Source: Myxococcota bacterium
Lineage (GTDB): Bacteria > Myxococcota_A > UBA9042 > PHBI01 > JAWLBL01
DNA: 64,000 nt
Direction of reading: 5' to 3'
NCBI GenBank assembly: GCA_041687695.1
Contig: JAWLBL010000001.1
Location: forward strand, 32,001-96,000
Of the stretch, positions 58,687-64,000 are shown one piece after another. Made by a program: the position numbers and the translations under genes. Within the stretch, counting starts at the first letter, position 1; the number at the start of each line of letters is the position of its first letter. The notes beneath the pieces were generated by a model. That model saw only the letters and a list, made by a program, of their open reading frames with translations, did not search any database and was not told the origin of the DNA.

Positions 58687-60339
58687 TCAGGCGGGCGCCG
58701 ACAGCAGCTGGTCGACGTAGGCGTCGGCCGACACGCGCAGGTCCCGCAGCTCGGTGGCGTCGACCATCTGGACGGCGGCCTCGAGGGCCCGCTCGATGGT
58801 GGGCACGTGGGGCGAGTCGAGCCGCCGGAAGAGCGCCAGCGCGATGAGGAAGGCGCGGGCCGAGCTGGGGAACTGGAACAGCTCCTTTTGCACGAGGCCG
58901 ATCTGCGCGGAGGTGTAGGCCATGCCAGCGAAGTCGCGCACGACCTTCTCGTGGTCGAGGGCGCGCTGGTAGGCGGTGAGCGCCTCGGAGTAGCGCTTGC
59001 TCTCGAGGTGCAGGTTGCCCAGCTCGTGCCACCCGGACGCGAGGCCGGAGACGTCGTCGAGGCGCTCCTTGACGGCGAGGCTCCGCTCGAGGGCCACGGC
59101 GGCCTCCTCGCGCTTGCCCTGCAGGCGCAGGACGCGCGCCTTGTGCTGCAGCGTCCGGCAGAAGGCGCGCTCGTCGTGGTTGGCCTCCTCGATCGCGGCG
59201 GCCCGCTCGTACAGGGCGGCGGCCTCCTCGTGCCCCCCGCCCTGCTCGGTGATGATGCCCATGCGGCGGTAGGACATCGCGCGCCGCAGCGCGTCGGCCA
59301 TGGCCTCGGCGCGCTCCATGGCGCGTCGGAAGCTCTCGGTCGCGTTGGCCTGGTCGCCGCGCAGGAAGTACAGGTAGCCCAGCATCGCGGCGCAGTCGAC
59401 GTAGCCGCCGTCGTCGCCGATCTCGTCGTAGAGCTGCAGCGCGTGGATGTACCACTGCCCGGCCACCGCGAGATCCAGCCGCAGCTCGCCCGCCATGCCC
59501 AGCAGGACGTAACACTCGGCGGCCGCCTTGGCCTCGCCGGCCTGCCGGAACCGCTTGGCCAGCTTGACCAGCTGGTGCCGCGCCTGCTCGACCTCGCGCT
59601 TGTAGAGGGTGACGCGCGCAGCGTCGATGTCCTGCCCACCCTCGGGGTCCAGCGGCAACAGGACGCGCCCCCAACGGCGCCCGGCCAGCGGCGGCGACGT
59701 CAAGTAGTAGTCGGGCGCGGCGCTGCCGTCCGCCGGGGCCGCGCCCACCCACGGCCCCTCGCCGCTCATGGCCGCAGCCACGTCCGCGCCGACGGCGGCG
59801 CCCATGCCGAACATGCCGGCGACGCTGCCCCGCTGCGCCTCGTTCAAGCTGCCGTCGAGGCGCGCCGGCAGGAACTGGCCGGTGTGCGGGCCGCTGGGCC
59901 ACGCGATCATCGCGTCCTTGAGGTCCCAGAAGGCGCGCGCGGGGGTCGAGATCTGGCGGATCTCGTCGAGGGTCAGCAGCAGCGCCAGGAGCGTGGGCCG
60001 CTGCGCGTAGCCGACCGTGTGCCGCGCCAGGAGCTCGAGGAAGTCGGGGACCAGGTTGCCGTCGGAGGCCTTGGGCGCCCCGTAGGCCAGGAAGGCCGGC
60101 CCACGCGGGCCGCCGCGCTGCACCACGAAGCCCAGGAGATCGGTGGGATCGAGCTCGCTCATGGGCAGCGAACGCCACCCGAAGGGCACCCGGACGCGCA
60201 TGATGGTCTCGCGGGCCCGGTCGACCACGCTGGGGCTGGCGCAGCGGACGATGACCAGCCCCCGCCGGCCGGCGGCGTAGGCCTCGTACAGCGTCCGCGC
60301 GACGGTGTGCTCGGGCGGCTCGGTGCCTTGCTCCGTCAT
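58687..60339 (-). CDS. TPR protein with degenerate NTPase-like N-terminal domain
   Basis: C-terminal long-type TPRs (YQRAL..E..RDFAGMAYTSAQIG); N-terminal alpha/beta domain ending PARAFWD; GGAGGAG SD. Confidence 0.8.
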   Translation of the reverse strand: MTEQGTEPPEHTVARTLYEAYAAGRRGLVIVRCASPSVVDRARETIMRVRVPFGWRSLPMSELDPTDLLGFVVQRGGPRGPAFLAYGAPKASDGNLVPDFLELLARHTVGYAQRPTLLALLLTLDEIRQISTPARAFWDLKDAMIAWPSGPHTGQFLPARLDGSLNEAQRGSVAGMFGMGAAVGADVAAAMSGEGPWVGAAPADGSAAPDYYLTSPPLAGRRWGRVLLPLDPEGGQDIDAARVTLYKREVEQARHQLVKLAKRFRQAGEAKAAAECYVLLGMAGELRLDLAVAGQWYIHALQLYDEIGDDGGYVDCAAMLGYLYFLRGDQANATESFRRAMERAEAMADALRRAMSYRRMGIITEQGGGHEEAAALYERAAAIEEANHDERAFCRTLQHKARVLRLQGKREEAAVALERSLAVKERLDDVSGLASGWHELGNLHLESKRYSEALTAYQRALDHEKVVRDFAGMAYTSAQIGLVQKELFQFPSSARAFLIALALFRRLDSPHVPTIERALEAAVQMVDATELRDLRVSADAYVDQLLSAPA

Positions 60340-60424
60340 GCTCCTCCGGCCTCCGGGGGTCCGGCCACCTCGTCCGGCCCCGGGGCGACGAGCAGCTTCG
60401 CAGAAAACGCGCCCTGACGCGAAC

Positions 60425-62116
60425 TTACCTGTCGCCGGCCCCGGGGCAGCCGATGCGCAGCCACGGCGCGTCGAGGGTCGGCACGCTGGCGTAGCCGCCC
60501 GGGCCCGCGGCGCGGCCGGTCATCAGGCGCACCTGGCCGTCGCGGGCGGCCTCGTCGGCGATCGCCGCCAGGTACTCGGGCGCGTAGAGCTGCTCGAACC
60601 GGTAGTCGTCGCGCAGGACGAAGACGGCGCCCTCGAAGCTGGTCACGGCGACCAGCTCGCAGGGCCAGACCGCGTGCCCGTAGACCGTTCGGCGCAGGGC
60701 GGCGATCACGCGGTCGCGCTGGCCGTTGTCGGGGTCGAGCAGCGCGTTCAGCTCGTGGAGCACGTCGAACTGGAACAGGAGGCGGACGCGGGCGGCGAGA
60801 TCGGGGTGGTCGGGGCGCAGCGACTCGGTCAGCCGCATGTCGTTCGTGTAGATGACGGAGGCGGCCTGGGCGCGCGGGTCCTCGGCGAGCCAGCGCGCGA
60901 GGTGGGGGAGGCCGGGGCTCGGCAGGGCGTGGCGGAGGCGGTTCATGGCCGGGCCGGCGAAGAGCACGGCCAGGCCGAGGGCGGCGGTGGCGGACAGAGC
61001 CCAGGGGGCGCGCGCCGGGGCGCGGCGGGCGACGAGGGCGACGGCGGCGGGCAGGAGCAGCGTGAGGGCGGCGAGGCGGGGCTCGAGGCTGTCGGCGAGG
61101 GCGGCGACGAGGGCGGCGGCGGCGAGCAGCGCCAGGATGAGGGGCCAGACGCGGCGGGTGGGCGGGTCGGCGGCGACGCGAGCGGCGGCGAGGGCGACGA
61201 AGGGCAGGAAGGCCATCGCGTAGCGGGGGTTGTGCTCGAAGTTGAGCACGGCGAAGAAGGGGATGACGACCATCGCGGTGAAGCTGAGGGCCAGGGTGGC
61301 GAGGAAGGTGCGCTCGAGCGGGCCCAGGGGGCGCCAGCGGACCAGCAGCGGGACCAGCCAGGCCGGCGTGACCTGGAGCAGCATCACGGGCAGCTCGGCG
61401 AGGTAGCCGGGGTCGGGGCGGACGTGGTCGAAGAAGCGGCCGCCCGGGGTCGGCGTGGTGAGGGTCGGCGGGTGGTGGAGCCACCAGAGCGGGTCGCCGT
61501 GGAAGGCGGCGCCGGCGAGCAGGAAGGCCGCCGGGAAGGTGGCGAGGCCCCAGAAGAGGCGGCGGTCGCCGCGGCGGAGGAGGCCATAGGCGGTCATGAC
61601 GAGGGCGAAGGGGAGCAGCTCGTAGCGAACCCAGGGGGTCGCGCCCAGGACCAGGCCGGCGGCGTAGCGGCGCTGGTGGACGACCAGCAGCCACAGGGAC
61701 AGGGACAGGGTGAACAGGCCGTCGGTGTTGGACTGGCCGGTCAGCGCGGCGGTGACGAAGCTGGGTGAGGTGGCGAGGACGAGGGCCGCCACCGGGCCCG
61801 AGCCGCCGAGGCGGGCGGCGACGCGCCCGAGGAGCAGGACGGCGAGGCCGGCCAGCAGGACGTGCCAGACGAGGAAGGCCTGCCAGCCGAGGGCCGCGAC
61901 CGGCAGGTTCAGCAGCGTGCCGACCGGGCGGAACTTCTGGGCGAGCAGGACGTCGAGCGGCTGGTCCAGGGCGGCCGTCGCGGCGGCCATGGTCAGCATG
62001 CCCTCGTCGTCGACGAAGCGCAGCGTGGACACCAGCGTGACGCCGACGGCCACGAAGGCCAGGGCCACCCAGGCGGCGCCATCGAGCCTGGGCGACCGCC
62101 GTCCCGGAGCGGACAC
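60425..62116 (-). CDS. Multi-TM GT-C-fold glycosyltransferase-like protein
   Basis: DDEG after first TM, many TMs, VRYE, PRY motifs. Start uncertain (62116 vs 62230). Confidence 0.65.
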   Translation of the reverse strand: MSAPGRRSPRLDGAAWVALAFVAVGVTLVSTLRFVDDEGMLTMAAATAALDQPLDVLLAQKFRPVGTLLNLPVAALGWQAFLVWHVLLAGLAVLLLGRVAARLGGSGPVAALVLATSPSFVTAALTGQSNTDGLFTLSLSLWLLVVHQRRYAAGLVLGATPWVRYELLPFALVMTAYGLLRRGDRRLFWGLATFPAAFLLAGAAFHGDPLWWLHHPPTLTTPTPGGRFFDHVRPDPGYLAELPVMLLQVTPAWLVPLLVRWRPLGPLERTFLATLALSFTAMVVIPFFAVLNFEHNPRYAMAFLPFVALAAARVAADPPTRRVWPLILALLAAAALVAALADSLEPRLAALTLLLPAAVALVARRAPARAPWALSATAALGLAVLFAGPAMNRLRHALPSPGLPHLARWLAEDPRAQAASVIYTNDMRLTESLRPDHPDLAARVRLLFQFDVLHELNALLDPDNGQRDRVIAALRRTVYGHAVWPCELVAVTSFEGAVFVLRDDYRFEQLYAPEYLAAIADEAARDGQVRLMTGRAAGPGGYASVPTLDAPWLRIGCPGAGDR

Positions 62117-62327
62117 GTGGCGGGGCGCCTCGACGAGCTCGCTCGCGCTCGATGGTTGTGAGCCTGCCCTGCGCACTCGGTCGCCCCCTCCGCCCGGCGC
62201 ACGGTAGGGGATCGCTCGGCCGGCGAGCAAGAGACGGGAGGACCGTCGCGTCGACGCCGACGGCGGTCACAGAGCGAGCCCGGCCTCGGTTTGACCGCCG
62301 TTCGACGGGCGCAGTACGGTGCCCGTC

Positions 62328-63233
62328 ATGCCAGCCATCGTCGAAGCCGCGACCGCGCCCCGGCCGCTCATCGATCTCGAGCGGCGCCGCGCCGCCCTCC
62401 CCGCCGCCCGCGAGGCCTTCGGCGCGAGCTCCGTCCCGCACCTGGTCGTCGACGGCCTCCTGGACCTCGACGCCGCCGCCGCGCACGGCCTCGACGACGC
62501 CGTCGCCGCCCTCAGGGACTCGGACGCGCTGACCACCTTCAGCTACTTCAACACCCGCAGCCGCTCGACCACCGGCCCCGACCGCTTGCCCACGCCGGTC
62601 GCGCGCCTCATCGACGAGCTGCACTCCGACGCGTTCCTCGCCTGGCTGTCCGAGGTCACCGGCGTCCCCGGGCTGGTCCCCGATCGCGCCCTGATCAACG
62701 GCGGCGTCCACTTCATGGGCCCGGGCTGCTTCCTCAACCTCCACGAGGACGAGCACGTCCACCCCACCGAGCGCCGCTGGCGCCGCCGCCTCAACCTCAT
62801 CGTCTACCTCGACCCCGGCTGGGACGCCGCCTGGGGCGGTCACCTCGAGCTCTGGGACCCCCGCGCCCGCGCCCAGGTCGCGCGCATCGCCCCGCTGTAC
62901 AACCGCTGCGTGTTCACCCTCATCGACGCCAACTGGCACGGCGTCCCCGAGCCCATCCGCTGCCCACAGGGCCGCGCCCGCACGTCCCTGACCCTGTGGT
63001 ACTACACGGTCGAGCCGGCCCCGGTCCGCTTCCGCCCGGCCCGCTTCATCGCGCGCCCGACCGACTCGCGCGCCGTCCGCGCCGCCATCGCGCTCGAGAG
63101 CCGCCTGTTCGGCCTGTTCCATCTGGCCAAGCGGCACGCAGGGGTCCCCAACCAGGTCGCGCTCGGCCTGATGCGGCGCCTGCGCTACGACCGCGTCGCG
63201 CGGCGGCCGGAGGCGCCCCGCCGATGCGACTAG
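62328..63233 (+). CDS. 2OG-Fe(II) oxygenase
   Basis: GGVH..GPG.FLNLHED, RRLNLIVYL, WGGHLELW, WHGVP, R.SL..WYY. Confidence 0.88.
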   Translation: MPAIVEAATAPRPLIDLERRRAALPAAREAFGASSVPHLVVDGLLDLDAAAAHGLDDAVAALRDSDALTTFSYFNTRSRSTTGPDRLPTPVARLIDELHSDAFLAWLSEVTGVPGLVPDRALINGGVHFMGPGCFLNLHEDEHVHPTERRWRRRLNLIVYLDPGWDAAWGGHLELWDPRARAQVARIAPLYNRCVFTLIDANWHGVPEPIRCPQGRARTSLTLWYYTVEPAPVRFRPARFIARPTDSRAVRAAIALESRLFGLFHLAKRHAGVPNQVALGLMRRLRYDRVARRPEAPRRCD

Positions 63234-64000
63234 CCCTCATCCGGACCTATCAGCCGCTGCCCGTCGCGGACGCCGAGGACATCGCGCACCCGCTGGGCAT
63301 CATGGCGCTCGACGCGTGGCTGCGCCCGCGCGGGTTCACGGACATCGAGCTCGCGGACATGCGGCTGCGCAAGGAGACGCCGGCGCAGGTGATGGACCGG
63401 GTGATGGCGCGGCGGCCGCGGGTGGTCGGGCTGTCGGCGCTGACCATCGAGAAGGAGGCCGTGCACGCGGTGGCGGCCGAGGCGCGGCGCCGCGACCCCG
63501 GGGTCATCGTCGTGGTCGGCGGGCCGTACGCCACCAGCTCGTCGGCGACCATCCTCGCGGACCCGAACGTCGACTACGCCGTCATCGGCGAGGGCGAGCT
63601 GACCTTCGAGGCGCTGCTGCGGGCGCTCGAGGACGGCGCCGACCCCGCGCAGGTCCACGGGCTCGCGCTGCGCCGCGGGGGCCGGGTCGTGCACACCCCG
63701 GCGCGGCCGGGCATCGCGGATCTCGACGACCTGCCCATCCCCAGCTGGGACCGCATCGACATGGCGGCCTACGAGCGGGTCTACCGCCCCGAGCGCATGA
63801 CCGGCCTGCCGTGGGCGGCCTTCTACACGTCGCGCGGCTGCCCCTTCAAGTGCACCTACTGCCACGACGTGTTCGGCAAGAAGTTCCGCGCCCGCTCGCC
63901 CGCGCGGGTCATCGAGGAGATGGCGCTGCTGCACGATCGCTACGGCGTGCGCGAGTTCCTGTTCTACGACGACATCTTCAACTTCAAGCGCGACCGGGTC
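63224..64000 (+). CDS. B12-binding radical SAM protein, partial (runs off window end)
   Basis: Not in ORF track. Manual translation MRLALIRTYQP..HPLGIMAL..VVGLSA..VVGGPYAT..GEGE..TSRGCPFKCTYC..FYDDIF; overlaps oxygenase stop. Confidence 0.9.
   Translation, partial: MRLALIRTYQPLPVADAEDIAHPLGIMALDAWLRPRGFTDIELADMRLRKETPAQVMDRVMARRPRVVGLSALTIEKEAVHAVAAEARRRDPGVIVVVGGPYATSSSATILADPNVDYAVIGEGELTFEALLRALEDGADPAQVHGLALRRGGRVVHTPARPGIADLDDLPIPSWDRIDMAAYERVYRPERMTGLPWAAFYTSRGCPFKCTYCHDVFGKKFRARSPARVIEEMALLHDRYGVREFLFYDDIFNFKRDRV

Noticed and set aside
63230..63934. 234-aa minus-strand ORF
   Set aside because: Shadow of the plus-strand B12 radical SAM gene missing from the ORF track.

Overview
Very GC-rich bacterial chromosomal DNA. 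Gene content (Cys-rich surface lipoproteins, DUF4388, TPR proteins, CxxxY-type CcmE) points to Myxococcota/deltaproteobacteria; this is an inference. About 56 densely packed CDS. Housekeeping: pcm, tyrS, ygfA, zapA, queE, phoH, ybeY, hinT, tcdA. Also a variant cytochrome c maturation cluster (ccmE, giant ccmF-ccmH-like fusion, ccmA/B/C/D), an ECF sigma/anti-sigma pair, cell-wall enzymes, an orphan HxsB radical SAM, many uncharacterised lipoproteins including a ~1900-aa Cys-repeat surface protein, and the start of a 2OG oxygenase/B12 radical SAM locus. I saw no tRNA, rRNA, CRISPR array, transposase or integrase. Best leads: (1) a promoter/three-hairpin/terminator RNA candidate at 39011-39161; (2) the CcmF fusion with a large insert and tandem degenerate CcmH-like domains; (3) recurrent near-perfect duplications of gene 3' ends; (4) no 6S RNA at its usual zapA-ygfA position; (5) a probable PfkB pseudokinase; (6) frequent leaderless-type promoters. 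Product calls come from motif recognition by eye, not database searches.
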